From Candidatus Hydrogenedentota bacterium (GTDB lineage: Bacteria > Hydrogenedentota > Hydrogenedentia > Hydrogenedentales > SLHB01), in contig BTVY01000048.1 in assembly GCA_045863335.1 (NCBI GenBank), positions 1,395 through 58,591 on the forward strand: a stretch of 57,197 nt of DNA, written 5' to 3'. Below the pieces are notes generated by a model that did no database searches, was not told the DNA's origin, and saw only the letters and a program-made list of their open reading frames with translations. A program made the translations under genes and the position numbers. This document shows, one piece after another, positions 20,426 to 32,378 of the stretch (the stretch's first letter is position 1; every line of letters starts with the position of its first letter).

Positions 20426-21267
20426 AGATCATCCGCGGCAAAAACGAGATGCGGGCCTGGTCGGTCGAACGCCGTTGTGCGGGCGATTCGATCGGGTTCG
20501 TTCCCACCATGGGCGCGCTCCACGATGGGCACGCGAGCCTCATGCGCGCCTCGGTCAAAGAGAATCGCGTGACCGTCGCGAGCATCTTCGTGAACCCCAC
20601 GCAGTTCGCGCCCCACGAGGATTTTAACGCCTACCCCCGTACCTTCGAGGACGATTGCCGCATCGCGGAGGACATGGGCGTCACCGCGATCTATGCGCCC
20701 GAGAAGGACAGCCTTTATCCGGAAGGCTACGCCACCTACGTGAACGTGGAAGGCTTGCCGGATGGACTCTGCGGCCGCTCCCGGCCCATCTTTTTCCGGG
20801 GCGTGGCCACGGTTGTCACCAAACTTTTTAACACCGTTCTGCCGGATCGGGCCTATTTCGGCATGAAGGACGCCCAGCAATGCGCGGTCATCCGCCGGAT
20901 GACGCGCGACCTCGATTTTGGCATCGAGATCATCGAATTGCCTACCGTGCGGGAGCCCGACGGACTCGCCATGAGTTCGCGGAACCGCTACCTCACGCCC
21001 GAAGAACGCGGGCAAGCCCTCGCAATTTCGCGAGGACTTTTCAAAGCGGAATCGCAGATGAAGGCTGGAGAGCGCAGCGCCGAGTCCATTCTGAAAACCG
21101 TCCGGAACGAAATGGCCGGACTCAACATAGATTACGTCGAACTCGTCGATGCGGACACCATACAGCCGCTCGAACGCGTCGAGGGCCGCGCACTGCTCGC
21201 GGCCGCGGCGTGGGTCGGCAAGGCCCGCCTTATCGACAACATCCAATACGAGGTTCCCACATCATGA
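20422..21267 (+). CDS. panC: Pantoate-beta-alanine ligase
   Basis: [19 protein letters not shown] and RLIDN motifs; ATGA overlap with panB. Confidence 0.96.
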   Translation: MKIIRGKNEMRAWSVERRCAGDSIGFVPTMGALHDGHASLMRASVKENRVTVASIFVNPTQFAPHEDFNAYPRTFEDDCRIAEDMGVTAIYAPEKDSLYPEGYATYVNVEGLPDGLCGRSRPIFFRGVATVVTKLFNTVLPDRAYFGMKDAQQCAVIRRMTRDLDFGIEIIELPTVREPDGLAMSSRNRYLTPEERGQALAISRGLFKAESQMKAGERSAESILKTVRNEMAGLNIDYVELVDADTIQPLERVEGRALLAAAAWVGKARLIDNIQYEVPTS

Positions 21268-21638
21268 TGTTGACCATGTTCAAGAGCAAGATCCATCGCG
21301 CCACGGTTACCCAGGCGGAACTGAACTACGTCGGTAGCCTGACGCTCGACCTCGACCTCATGGAGGCGGCGGACATGCTGCCCCACGAACAGGTGCAAAT
21401 CCTCAATCTGAATACCGGAGCGCGCTTCGAAACCTACATCATCGAAGGCCCCCGCGGGAGCGGAGTGGTATGCCTGAACGGGCCCGCCGCGCGCCTCGGC
21501 GAAGTCGGCGATATCGTCATCGTGCTTACCTACGCCCTCGTTGACGCCGAAGAGGCCAAAGGCTGGGTCGCCAAGAACGTCCATGTAGATGCCCAAAACC
21601 GGATCACCTCGGTGGACACGACCCACGAATCCAATTGA
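21264..21638 (+). CDS. panD: Aspartate 1-decarboxylase
   Basis: [14 protein letters not shown] cleavage site and LNGPAAR; ATGA overlap with panC. Confidence 0.97.
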   Translation: MMLTMFKSKIHRATVTQAELNYVGSLTLDLDLMEAADMLPHEQVQILNLNTGARFETYIIEGPRGSGVVCLNGPAARLGEVGDIVIVLTYALVDAEEAKGWVAKNVHVDAQNRITSVDTTHESN

Positions 21639-21675
21639 GGGGTGCGGCGATTCCGCTGATGGAACAACGATTTCA

Positions 21676-21806
21676 GGGACAACAGCGACAACAGCGACAA
21701 CAAGGACTGCAGAGAATGGATCTCTAAAGCCAAACGCGGCTCTGATGTCTCTGAGTAAGGCAGTGCCCCTGTCGACCCTGCTGTCCCTGTAGTCTCTGAG
21801 GTCCCT
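21676..21806. repeat. Degenerate 9-bp-period repeats in inverted arrangement (GACAACAGC)n ... (GTCCCTG)n-like
   Basis: Visible directly between panD and glnS. Confidence 0.55.
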
Positions 21807-21983
21807 TTCTTTCTCCAGCCTCCAGCCTCTTCTCCAAGATGCACTCGCCTTACAAAAAGTGTATGATCAATTTTCCCTGTCTTTCCGTGTTTTGCACAGG
21901 GTATTTAGAACAATATACCGCCGCGTCGCCCCCGGCTCTGGGCCGGTCCGGGCACGAGGCATTCTGCTGAAAGGTCACACGAG

Positions 21984-23693
21984 ATGGCGAACGAAACGTC
22001 AACGGAAACTACGGAGCGAAAAGGGCCGGGATTGGACTTCATCCGGTCCATGGTCGCGGAAGATCTGCGCACGGGCAAATGGAAGGGGCGTGTCGCCACG
22101 CGATTCCCACCGGAGCCAAACGGCTACCTCCACATCGGCCACGCGAAAAGCCTGTGCCTGAACTTTGGGATCGCCAAGGAGTTCAACGGCGTTTGCCATA
22201 TTCGATTTGACGATACCAACCCGCTCACCGAGAAGCAGGAGTATGTGGATTCCATCAAGCAGGACGTCCGCTGGATGGGTTTCGACTGGGGCGAGCACGA
22301 GTACTATGCCTCGGACTACTTCGATCAACTCTACGAATGGGCAATCAAGCTCATTAAGGACGGCAAAGCCTACGTCGATGACTTGAGCGCGGAAGAGGTC
22401 AGCGAACAGCGCGGCACCATCAAGCAGGCCGGCGTCGAGAGTCCGCACCGCAACCGGTCTGTGGAAGAGAACCTCGACCTGTTCGAGCGCATGCGCGCGG
22501 GCGAGTTTGACGAGGGCACGCGCGTCTTGCGCGCCAAGATCGACATGGCGTCGCCGAACATGTTGCTGCGCGATCCCGTGATGTACCGCATCATCAAGGC
22601 GAGCCACTACCGCACCGGCGACAAGTGGTGCATCTACCCGACCTATGACTACACCCACGGCCAGTCGGATTCGCTGGAGCGGATCACGTACTCGATCTGC
22701 ACGCTCGAGTTCGAAGTGCACCGGCCCTTGTACAACTGGTACATCCAGGCCCTCGGCATCTTCCCGTCGGAGCAGACGGAGTTTGCGCGGCTCAACCTCA
22801 CCTACACCGTGATGAGCAAGCGCAAGTTCATCGCCCTCGTCGAGGAAGGGCACGTGAGCGGCTGGGACGATCCCCGCATGCCGACCATTTCGGGCATTCG
22901 CCGCCGCGGCTATACGCCGGAGGCCATCCGCGATTTCTGCGGCCGCATCGGCGTCGCCCGCGCCGCGAGCATGAACCAGTACGAGCAACTGGAACACTGC
23001 ATTCGCGAGGATTTGAATAAACGCGCACCCCGCGTAATGGCCGTGCTCGATCCCTTGAAGGTCGTCATCGAGAACTATCCCGAGGGCCAGGTTGAAGAGA
23101 TGGAGGCCGTCAACAATCCGGAAGATCCCGATGCCGGCACGCGCATGGTTCCCTTCTCGAAGACCATCTACATCGAGCGGGAAGACTTCATGGAAGACCC
23201 GCCAAAGAAGTTCTTCCGCCTGTCCCCCGGCGCGGAGGTCCGCTTGCGCTATGCCTACTGGATCAAGTGCACGGATGTCGTGAAGGACGCCGATGGGAAC
23301 GTCATCGAACTGCGTTGCACCTACGACCCCGAAACGCGTGGCGGCAACAACCCGCCTGACGGGCGCAAGGTCAAAGCCACCCTGCACTGGGTATCGGCGG
23401 AGCACGCGCTGGATGCCGAGGTGCGCCTCTACGACCGCCTCTTCACGAAAGAAGATCCGAACGCTCTCGAAGAAGGCGAAGATTGGCGCGACTACCTGAA
23501 TCCGGAATCGCTGGTGGTCATCCCGGGGAAAGTCGAACGGCACCTCGCTGACGTGAAGCCCCTGGACCGCTTCCAGTTCGAGCGCAAGGGATACTTCTGT
23601 GTGGACCCCGACAGCGAACCCGGCAAACTCGTATTCAACCGCACCGTGACCCTCCGCGACACCTGGGCCAACGTGCAGAAACGAAACGACTGA
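21984..23693 (+). CDS. glnS: Glutamine-tRNA ligase
   Basis: [22 protein letters not shown] and FQFERKGYF motifs. Confidence 0.97.
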   Translation: MANETSTETTERKGPGLDFIRSMVAEDLRTGKWKGRVATRFPPEPNGYLHIGHAKSLCLNFGIAKEFNGVCHIRFDDTNPLTEKQEYVDSIKQDVRWMGFDWGEHEYYASDYFDQLYEWAIKLIKDGKAYVDDLSAEEVSEQRGTIKQAGVESPHRNRSVEENLDLFERMRAGEFDEGTRVLRAKIDMASPNMLLRDPVMYRIIKASHYRTGDKWCIYPTYDYTHGQSDSLERITYSICTLEFEVHRPLYNWYIQALGIFPSEQTEFARLNLTYTVMSKRKFIALVEEGHVSGWDDPRMPTISGIRRRGYTPEAIRDFCGRIGVARAASMNQYEQLEHCIREDLNKRAPRVMAVLDPLKVVIENYPEGQVEEMEAVNNPEDPDAGTRMVPFSKTIYIEREDFMEDPPKKFFRLSPGAEVRLRYAYWIKCTDVVKDADGNVIELRCTYDPETRGGNNPPDGRKVKATLHWVSAEHALDAEVRLYDRLFTKEDPNALEEGEDWRDYLNPESLVVIPGKVERHLADVKPLDRFQFERKGYFCVDPDSEPGKLVFNRTVTLRDTWANVQKRND

Positions 23694-23882
23694 TGAATCG
23701 AAGAATGGCAGCGGGTATAATTGCCAGTGCAAAAAGGCTTTGGAGTGCGCTGGCTAGCCACCACACTTGAAGAGCATCCTTGATTGCAGATTGTCCGGCC
23801 GCTAGCACTGACAAGATCGCATGCTTGCGGCTCCTAGCCTGAACCAGAACTTCAGCGATCGTGTCCGGGAAGGAGTAGCGAA

Positions 23883-25106
23883 ATGACTTCGAGTAATTCA
23901 CGAAGCAATCAACTGCTGCTTTCTGCGCGACTCCGTAACTTCCTCTCCTACGGTCCCGAAAGTGAAGAGATAGAACTGAAGCCGCTCAACGTATTCATCG
24001 GCCCAAACGGCTCGGGTAAGTCGAATTTTATCGAAGCGCTAAGCCTTTTGAACGCCGCGCCCGACGATATTGTGACGCCAATTCGGCAGGGTGGCGGCAC
24101 CCGTGAGTGGATTTGGAAAGGCGAATACCAGGGATCCGCAGACTTAGAGTTCCGCGTCAACTATCCACAAGGCCGCACGCCTCTCCGCTACAGGTTGGAA
24201 TTTGAGTCGGTTGCGCAGCGGTTTGAGATTAAGGACGAAGTTATCGAGAACTCGGAGAAACTCGACTTTACTCGCGAAGATGTCTTCTTCTACTACCGCT
24301 ACCAGATGGGGCGCCCAGTATTAAGTACTTGGCCCAACGAGGATGAAGTTAACGGGGTTAGACAGAATCGTCGGCTGCAGCAGGAAGAAATAGAGCCCGG
24401 GCAATCTATTCTATCTCAGAAGAAAGATAGCTATCAGTATCCGGAGATTACCTATCTCGGCAAACAGTTCGAAGGTGTCCGCATCTATCGGGACTGGGAT
24501 TTTGGACGGCATTCGACAATGCGGGCGGCAGTGATCCCTGATCTTCCCAATGACTTCTTGTTGCCTGACGCAAGTAACTTGAATCTGATTATGAACAAGT
24601 TTGAGGAGCTTGGCGTCCGCGAGGATATCGACAGGCATCTCAGCAAATATCTTGGAACTTATATGGGGTACCACACAGGTTTGGAAAGCGGTACGGTCCA
24701 ACTGTTTCTCAAAGAACGTGGATTAAGAGCGCTGGTTCCTGCGAGTCGCTTGTCTGACGGCACGATTCGTTTCTTGTGTTTGCTCGCGGTGCTTTGCCAT
24801 CCAACGCCACCTCCACTGGTTTGTATCGAGGAACCTGAACTCTGTCAGCACCCGGACATGTTGCCAACTATTGCCGATTTGCTCGTTGAAGCGTCGAGCC
24901 GAACTCAAATCATTGTAACGACCCATTCCGACATCCTGGTGGATAGCCTCACGGAATCGCCGGACTCGGTCATCGTATGTGACAAAACGGAGCAAGGCAC
25001 TTCACTGCGGCGTCTTGACGCCCCCGAGCTTAAAGAATGGCTTACTGAGTATGGCGGTCTCGGCGAACTCTGGCGTCGCGGCCATCTCGGAGGCAATCGC
25101 TGGTGA
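23883..25106 (+). CDS. ABC/SMC-like ATPase (AAA_21/AAA_15 type)
   Basis: Walker A GPNGSGKS, signature LSDG, Walker B CIEEPE, H-loop TTHS; no TM segments; AAGGAG RBS. Confidence 0.88.
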   Translation: MTSSNSRSNQLLLSARLRNFLSYGPESEEIELKPLNVFIGPNGSGKSNFIEALSLLNAAPDDIVTPIRQGGGTREWIWKGEYQGSADLEFRVNYPQGRTPLRYRLEFESVAQRFEIKDEVIENSEKLDFTREDVFFYYRYQMGRPVLSTWPNEDEVNGVRQNRRLQQEEIEPGQSILSQKKDSYQYPEITYLGKQFEGVRIYRDWDFGRHSTMRAAVIPDLPNDFLLPDASNLNLIMNKFEELGVREDIDRHLSKYLGTYMGYHTGLESGTVQLFLKERGLRALVPASRLSDGTIRFLCLLAVLCHPTPPPLVCIEEPELCQHPDMLPTIADLLVEASSRTQIIVTTHSDILVDSLTESPDSVIVCDKTEQGTSLRRLDAPELKEWLTEYGGLGELWRRGHLGGNRW

Positions 25107-25723
25107 ACGTTCAAGTCTTTGTCGAAGGCGGCGGTCAAAAGAACCAACCGGGACGAAAGGATCTGGAATCGAGTTGCCGTAGGGCTTTCTCTGAGTTGAC
25201 CCAGAAAGTCGGCCTGGCCGGTAGAACTCCCAGATTCGTCGCTTGCGGATCAAGATCGGATGCATTTCACGATTTTCGCGTGGCGCTCCGCAGTCGTCGT
25301 CGCGGAGAAGTCAAGCTGCTATTGGTAGACAGCGAAATGCCGGTTCCCGAGAGTGCGCTCGTATGGGAACACGTCCGGCAGCGGGAAGGAGATGGCTGGG
25401 AAAGGCCGAATGAAGCCCAGGAGTCAGATCTTCATTTCATGGTACAGTGCATGGAGGCTTGGTTCTTTGCCGACATCAACGCCGTTCAGTCTTACTTTGG
25501 GAACGGGTTCAGGTCCGCGAATCTGACGACGCGTCCGATAGAAGAGATTCCGAAACAAGATATCGCTAACCAACTGAATGCCGCTACTAGAGCCACTCCT
25601 AAAGGTGAGTACGACAAAGGGAGGCACTCTTTTGAAATACTTCGTCAAATTGACGCGCGCAGAATCGAAAACGCATCGCCATTTGCGAAGCGCTTCTTTG
25701 ACCGCCTTCGGGAAGTCTGCTAA
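25103..25723 (+). CDS. DUF4276-family (TOPRIM-like) protein
   Basis: VFVEGGG, LLVDSE, MEAWFFAD and YDKGRHS motifs; GTGA overlap with the ATPase. Confidence 0.8.
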   Translation: MNVQVFVEGGGQKNQPGRKDLESSCRRAFSELTQKVGLAGRTPRFVACGSRSDAFHDFRVALRSRRRGEVKLLLVDSEMPVPESALVWEHVRQREGDGWERPNEAQESDLHFMVQCMEAWFFADINAVQSYFGNGFRSANLTTRPIEEIPKQDIANQLNAATRATPKGEYDKGRHSFEILRQIDARRIENASPFAKRFFDRLREVC

Positions 25724-25744
25724 GAGATAAGTGAACTCAACATC

Positions 25745-27220
25745 ATGATACGCGTACGCATCGCCCCGAGTCCTTCGGGGTTTCTCCATATCGGCACGGC
25801 GAAGATGGCCCTGTTCAATTGGCTCTTCGCGCGGAAGCACGGTGGCTCGTTCATTCTGCGTCTCGAAGACACGGACGCGGACCGCACGGACGAGGCCTTC
25901 GTGCAAGCCATGTGCGAAGGGTTTCATTGGCTCGGCATCGACTGGGATGAAGGCCCGCCCTTCGGCGACGTGCCACAGAAGGGCGAGCTTGGTCCGTACC
26001 GCCAATCGCAACGGAAACAACTGCACGTCGACGCCGCAGAACGCCTGGTCGCCGAGGGCAAAGCGTACAAGTGTTTCTGCACGAAAGAAGAAATGGATGC
26101 GATGCGCGCGGAGGCGGAAGCCGAGAAGCGCAAGCGCGTCTACGACGGCCGCTGCAATCGCTTGACGCCGGAGGAAATCGCGGGAAAAGGCGATACGCCC
26201 TACGTGATTCGCTTCAGGGTGCCGGAAGGCAAGACCGTCATCGACGATATCGTGCAGGGTCGCGTGGAAATATCGAACGAGGAATTCGACGATTTCGTCA
26301 TCGTGAAACCCAACGGCGATCCGGTATTTCATCTCGCGGTCGTCGTGGACGATGCCACCATGAAGATCTCTCATGTGATTCGCGGCGACGATCACCTTAC
26401 CAACGCCGCGCGCCACGTCATGCTCTTTGACGCTCTCGGCTACGCGCGTCCCGTGTTTGCCCATCTGCCCATGGTGCTGGACGAGCGCGGCAAGAAGTAC
26501 AGCAAACGCGAGCATGGCGCCAATGTCCTCGACTGGCGCAACGATGGGTATCTGCCGGAAACGATGATCAACTACGTCGCGCTGCTGGGCTGGCGTCCCT
26601 CGGAAGAGGACAAGGAATTCTACACGCGCGAAGAACTCGTTGCGGCCTTCGACGAGCGCCGCTGGGGCAAGTCCGCCGCGAAATTCGATCTCAAGAAACT
26701 GCAGTGGCTGAACGGGCAGCACATCCGGAGTCTGTCCGTTGACGACTTGCTGAATCGCGTGCGTTGCATACTCGATGCGGCCGGTCTCGACACGACCACG
26801 AAGTCGCCGGAATTTCTCACGCAGATGGTCGCCATCTGTCAGGAGAAGCTGGCGACGTTAAACGACATCGTGCATCAGTGCGACTTCTTCTTCGTCGAAC
26901 CGGCAGAGTACGACGAGAAAGCCGTACGCAAGCAGTGGGACAAGGACGACGCCGTCGAGCGAATGGAAGCGATTGTGCGGGTCATGGAATCCGTCGATGC
27001 GTGGGACCATGACACCCTTAAAGCGGCGTACGAGGCACTCGCCGAGAAGAGCGGTACCGGTCTCGGGCAACTCGTGCATCCCACGCGCCTTGCGTTGACC
27101 GGCAAGAGCGTCGGTCCGGGCCTCTTTGAGTTGACCGCCCTATTGGGGAAGGAGACGTCCATCGCGCGCATGCGGAAGGCGATGGATTACGTGAAGCAGT
27201 TGAAGGAGAACCCGCAGTGA
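25745..27220 (+). CDS. gltX: Glutamate-tRNA ligase
   Basis: RIAPSPSGFLHIG, HVIRGDDH and KYSKR motifs. Confidence 0.96.
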   Translation: MIRVRIAPSPSGFLHIGTAKMALFNWLFARKHGGSFILRLEDTDADRTDEAFVQAMCEGFHWLGIDWDEGPPFGDVPQKGELGPYRQSQRKQLHVDAAERLVAEGKAYKCFCTKEEMDAMRAEAEAEKRKRVYDGRCNRLTPEEIAGKGDTPYVIRFRVPEGKTVIDDIVQGRVEISNEEFDDFVIVKPNGDPVFHLAVVVDDATMKISHVIRGDDHLTNAARHVMLFDALGYARPVFAHLPMVLDERGKKYSKREHGANVLDWRNDGYLPETMINYVALLGWRPSEEDKEFYTREELVAAFDERRWGKSAAKFDLKKLQWLNGQHIRSLSVDDLLNRVRCILDAAGLDTTTKSPEFLTQMVAICQEKLATLNDIVHQCDFFFVEPAEYDEKAVRKQWDKDDAVERMEAIVRVMESVDAWDHDTLKAAYEALAEKSGTGLGQLVHPTRLALTGKSVGPGLFELTALLGKETSIARMRKAMDYVKQLKENPQ

Positions 27221-28191
27221 ATTCCGTAGTCGTAGGGATTGACCTGGGTGGAACGAATGTAAAGACGGCGGTCGTGGCGCGCAACGGAAAAATGCGGGGC
27301 AAGGACTCGCGGCCGTCCCGCGCCGATGATGGTTTGGATGCTGTCGTCGATACCATGGTGGCCAGCGTCGAGCAGGCGCTCGAAAACGCCGGCGCGGACC
27401 CCAGCGATATGCTTGCCGTGGGCGTTGGCGCGCCGGGTCCCATGAATTGGCGGACCGGTATCGTGTTCAGTCCCCCCAACTTGCCGGGATGGAAAGACGT
27501 GCCGCTTGCCGACATCATGTCTGAACGCCTGATGGTCCCGGCGTACGTCGACAACGACGCGAACGTCGCCTGCTGGGGCGAGTTCTGGTCCGGCGCGGGC
27601 ACGGAAGTGGATTCCATGGTCTGTCTCACCCTCGGCACCGGCGTCGGCGGCGGCATCGTCGTGGATGGCCGCCTGGTTCGCGGCATCGACGGCACCGCCG
27701 CGGAGATTGGCCACTTGAATGTCATGCGCGACGGCCGGCAGTGCAATTGCGGCGCGAAAGGCTGTCTTGAATGCTATGCATCCGTAAGTGGGATGGAACG
27801 AACCGCGCTGGAAGGCATTGAAGCCGGGCGGCCGACCATCCTGACGGAGATGTGCGGAGGCGATCTCGACAAGATCGACGGTAAAATGATCTCAGACGCC
27901 CTCCAGAAGGGCGACGAGTTCGCGGCATGGGTGATGACCGAAACCGGCATCTGGCTTGGGACCGGCATTGGCAGTCTCATCAACCTGCTCAACCCCGAGA
28001 TGGTGGTGCTTTGCGGCGGTATGATCGCCGCGGGCGAGGCGCTCTTCAAGCCCGTCCGCGAAACCGCGCAGGCGCAATCCTTCGATGTCCCGGGCGCTCG
28101 CGTACAGATCGTCCCGGCAGGACTCGGCGCCGACTCCGGCGTCATCGGCGCCGCCGGATGCGCATTACAACGCTTTGAAGAGGAGAACTAA
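27217..28191 (+). CDS. glk: ROK family glucokinase
   Basis: GIDLGGT, DNDAN, LGTGVGGG, EIGH and CNCGAKGCLE motifs. Confidence 0.85.
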   Translation: MNSVVVGIDLGGTNVKTAVVARNGKMRGKDSRPSRADDGLDAVVDTMVASVEQALENAGADPSDMLAVGVGAPGPMNWRTGIVFSPPNLPGWKDVPLADIMSERLMVPAYVDNDANVACWGEFWSGAGTEVDSMVCLTLGTGVGGGIVVDGRLVRGIDGTAAEIGHLNVMRDGRQCNCGAKGCLECYASVSGMERTALEGIEAGRPTILTEMCGGDLDKIDGKMISDALQKGDEFAAWVMTETGIWLGTGIGSLINLLNPEMVVLCGGMIAAGEALFKPVRETAQAQSFDVPGARVQIVPAGLGADSGVIGAAGCALQRFEEEN

Positions 28192-28253
28192 AGCGACTCA
28201 CCACGAGCCAAGTAAAATGGGTACCGTACAACGACACTGCGGATGAGGGGGAA

Positions 28254-28447
28254 CATCCCCCTTTATCCCCCTTCAAAAGGGGGAATGACTCGTCTTCGTC
28301 GCGGAGAGTCTGCTGGACGTCAGGCCAACGCGATAGGATCTAGCGTCCGCCGGACGGCAGGCTAATACGATCAGATACACGATCGGCCGGCTCGCAACGC
28401 GAAGCGTTGCGTCCAATTCCCCCTTTGAAGGGGGATCAAGGGGGATG
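28254..28447. repeat. REP doublet, family C (CATCCCCCTTGATCCCCCTTCAAAGGGGGAA)
   Basis: Inverted copies at 28254-28285 and 28417-28447. Confidence 0.9.
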
Positions 28448-28520
28448 CTATTAGTGCTTCACCCATGTTAGCGTTCGTGCCGGGCAAGCAGAGCAAAGTG
28501 TTCCAGCGAAAGGACAAGAA

Positions 28521-29137
28521 GTGATTGCCATCGTAGACTACAAAGCAGGCAACCTCACCAGCGTGCGGTTGGCCCTGGAATACCTCGGCGTGGAATGCGC
28601 CATCACGCGCGATTCCGTCACCATTGCGAACGCCGACCGCGTGATCTTCCCCGGCGACGGCGCCGCCGCGTCGGCCATGGAACACTTGAGCGAACTCGGG
28701 TTGGTCGCGCCGCTCAAGAGCGCGGTCGAGCAGGGCAAACCGGTCCTAGGCATCTGCCTGGGCACGCAAGTCATCTTCGATCATTCCGACGAAGACGGCG
28801 GCGTCGATTGCATGGGCCTCATCCCAGGAAACGTGCACCGGTTCAAACCGAGCGATCCGCTGTGCAAGATCCCGCAGATGGGGTGGAATACCATGCGGTT
28901 CAAGCGCGAACACCCGCTGTTTCAAAACGTTGAAAACGACAGCGAGTTCTATTTCATTCACAGCTACTATCCCGCGCCCGCCGACGCGTCGCACGTCACG
29001 GGCGAGACGGAGTACGCGGACGTAACCTTCGCCGCCGCGGTATGCAAGGACAACCTTTTCGCGACCCAGTTCCACCCGGAACGCTCCGGCCGGATTGGAA
29101 TGCAGTTGCTCAAGAATTTCACGGAGTGGGACGGATC

Positions 29138-29144
<7 letters not shown>
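28521..29144 (+). CDS. hisH: Imidazole glycerol phosphate synthase glutaminase subunit
   Basis: LGICLG, FIHSYY and TQFHPE motifs. Confidence 0.95.
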
Positions 29145-29917
<773 letters not shown>

Positions 29918-29981
29918 CGCCGTTTCGCAGCGCACGACGAAGTCTGAGAGGATACTTTCAGATGCACCGACACGGAATGTA

Positions 29982-30138
29982 CATCCCCCTTGATCCCCCT
30001 TCAAAGGGGGAATTTCCGCAACGCTTCGCGTTGCGGGTCGGTCCGGCGAATATCACGATTTTTCGACCGGGATCGCAATTTCACCAGAAGCCTTCGTCCT
30101 GCTTCCCTTCCCCCTTCGAAGGGGGATCAAGGGGGATG
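29982..30138. repeat. REP doublet, family C
   Basis: Inverted copies at 29982-30012 and 30108-30138. Confidence 0.9.
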
Positions 30139-30161
30139 TTTCTTCTCCCCGGACGATTGTC

Positions 30162-31094
30162 ATGATTCTCACCGTCACGCCAAACCCCTGCGTCGACAAA
30201 ACGGTCTTCATCGACACGCTGAAGGTCGGCACATTCATGCGTTCTCAACGCTGCACCTGCATCCCCGGCGGTAAAGGCACCAACGTCTCCCGCGCCGTCA
30301 AAGCCCTCGGCCGCCAGACCCGCGCCATGGTCGTCGTCGGCGGCCATCCCGGCGCGCATGTCGTCGACATGATCGAACACCAGGACGGCGTCGAATGCGC
30401 CCCCGCCTGGGTGGAATCGCAGACCCGCACGATCACCACCGTGCTTGAAGAATCCATCCATCGCCAGACCGCGTTCTTCGAACCTGGCTCGAAAGTATCT
30501 GAAACGGAATACGACGGGATCATCGAGACCTTCCGGAACGCGGTGGAAGGCGCGAAGGTGGTCACCTTCAACGGCACCGTGTCCGACCCGGCCATCAAAA
30601 TCCTCTACCGCGATCTCATCCCCATCGCGAAGGAACGCGGCGCGTTGACCATCCTCGACTCCCACGGTCCCGAGTTCGCCCTCGGTTTGGAATCGATCCC
30701 CCACATGGTCAAACCCAACGTCGCGGAAACAGAAGAACTGGTCGGATACAAACTCGACACGCGCAACGCGCAATGGAAAGCGATTGATTCCTTCCACGAA
30801 AAAGGCGTGACCTTAGTCGTCCTCTCACTGGGCAAGGACGGCGCCCTCGTCTCTCGCGACGGCGAGCGCTTTCACGTCGTCCCGCCCGCGATTAAAGAAG
30901 TGAACCCCGTCGGCAGCGGCGACGCCCTCGTCTCCGGCTTCGCCATCGGCCTATTAGAAGACCTGCCCCTCCGCGACATGGCCACCCTCGGCTGCGCCGC
31001 AGGCACCGCCAACGCCATGTCCTGGGACATCGGCCACTTCACCAAGGCCGAGGTCGACGCACTATTGGCGCAAGTCGAAATCCGCCAAGCCTAG
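30162..31094 (+). CDS. 1-phosphofructokinase-family (PfkB) hexose kinase
   Basis: TVTPNPCVD, GGKGTNVSR, KPNVAE and NPVGSGD motifs. Confidence 0.9.
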   Translation: MILTVTPNPCVDKTVFIDTLKVGTFMRSQRCTCIPGGKGTNVSRAVKALGRQTRAMVVVGGHPGAHVVDMIEHQDGVECAPAWVESQTRTITTVLEESIHRQTAFFEPGSKVSETEYDGIIETFRNAVEGAKVVTFNGTVSDPAIKILYRDLIPIAKERGALTILDSHGPEFALGLESIPHMVKPNVAETEELVGYKLDTRNAQWKAIDSFHEKGVTLVVLSLGKDGALVSRDGERFHVVPPAIKEVNPVGSGDALVSGFAIGLLEDLPLRDMATLGCAAGTANAMSWDIGHFTKAEVDALLAQVEIRQA

Positions 31095-31364
31095 CCAATC
31101 TCCACAGCGCACCGCAGTTCACCAAACGAGTTGGCTCCGCCAAGTCGTAGCTGGTCGGCCAAGGTGTGACTTGGCCAACGAGGTGGCTTGGGCATCCTTG
31201 CCCAAGATTCGAGGTGCCTCGGCCTTCCAGGCCGAGCCAAGCGCGAGCTGGGCATCCTGCCCAGCGAGCAGTCAACCTCTTCTCCCCACACGCAACCGTA
31301 CCCAAAACACGCAGTCCCCCTCCCCCAGACACACGGGCTGGAAGCCCGTGGCACCTCAAACACC

Positions 31365-32378
31365 TCATTCAACACCCACAATCCGCAACGCGATCCCGAG
31401 CGCCAACACATTCTCGGGCGCATCGGCCAACCGCACAGCATCCTTTTCCGTCGTCACGATCATGCCGTCCGCGACCAACGCTTCCCGCGGAATCACTGCA
31501 TGATCCCGAAACGCGCGCCGCTCCACCACGACCGCGCCCAACTCCTCCAATGTCCGATAGAACCCGCCTGGATTCCCAATCGCACAAACCGCCGTCACGC
31601 GCTGCCCCCGCAACTCTTCCAACGCGACGGCTTCCCCATTCGCCACGCGCCACAACGAATCCGGCGCATGCCGCGTCCGCCGAACCGGCGCCTCGGGGCA
31701 ATACCGACGCATCGCCTCCGCCAATTCCGCGTCCATAGAGTCCATATCGTCCATCGCGCCACACCGCGTCAGAATCACCTGCGTCGCCCGGGCCAACGCG
31801 CTCACCGGTTCCCGCAAGATCCCCCGCGGCACGAGCCGCCCGTTCCCGAACGGATTCGTCGCATCGATCACCACGATATTCTCGTCCCGCTCCAGCCGCA
31901 CGTACTGATACCCGTCATCCAGGATCAGCGTGTCGCACCCGAACCGCTTGATGGCTTCCCGTGCCGCCGCGACCCGATCCGCGGACTTCGCAATCACCAC
32001 CTCCGGCGCCTTCCGCGCAATCAACGCGGGCTCGTCGCCGACCGACTGCCACATACTCGCGGCGTCCTCGCCCGGCACCACCAGCGGGTCCAGCCCGGCA
32101 ATCTTCGCGCCATACCCCCGCGTCAGCACCGCGACCTTGTGTCCCGCCGCTAACTCCTGCTGTACACGCTCGATGACTGCCGGCGTTTTCCCCGTGCCCC
32201 CCGCAGTGATGTTGCCGAAACTGATCACCCGCGCATCGACGCGTTCGCGCGGACCGCGCAGACGCAACCACATGCCCGCGCGTTGCACCGGAGTCGCAGC
32301 GGTCAACAGCGCGGCAATCGGAGCGGGGATCGGTTCGCCGTTGCGAACCTTTTCGGAGAGGTCTTGGAGGAAACTCAT
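31365..32378 (-). CDS. lpxK: Tetraacyldisaccharide 4'-kinase
   Basis: GNITAGGTGKTP, GDEP, LDDGYQ, PRGILRE and TTEKDAVR motifs. Confidence 0.95.
   Translation of the reverse strand: MSFLQDLSEKVRNGEPIPAPIAALLTAATPVQRAGMWLRLRGPRERVDARVISFGNITAGGTGKTPAVIERVQQELAAGHKVAVLTRGYGAKIAGLDPLVVPGEDAASMWQSVGDEPALIARKAPEVVIAKSADRVAAAREAIKRFGCDTLILDDGYQYVRLERDENIVVIDATNPFGNGRLVPRGILREPVSALARATQVILTRCGAMDDMDSMDAELAEAMRRYCPEAPVRRTRHAPDSLWRVANGEAVALEELRGQRVTAVCAIGNPGGFYRTLEELGAVVVERRAFRDHAVIPREALVADGMIVTTEKDAVRLADAPENVLALGIALRIVGVE

Noticed and set aside
21999-23732. 577-aa antisense ORF over glnS
   Set aside because: Shadow ORF.
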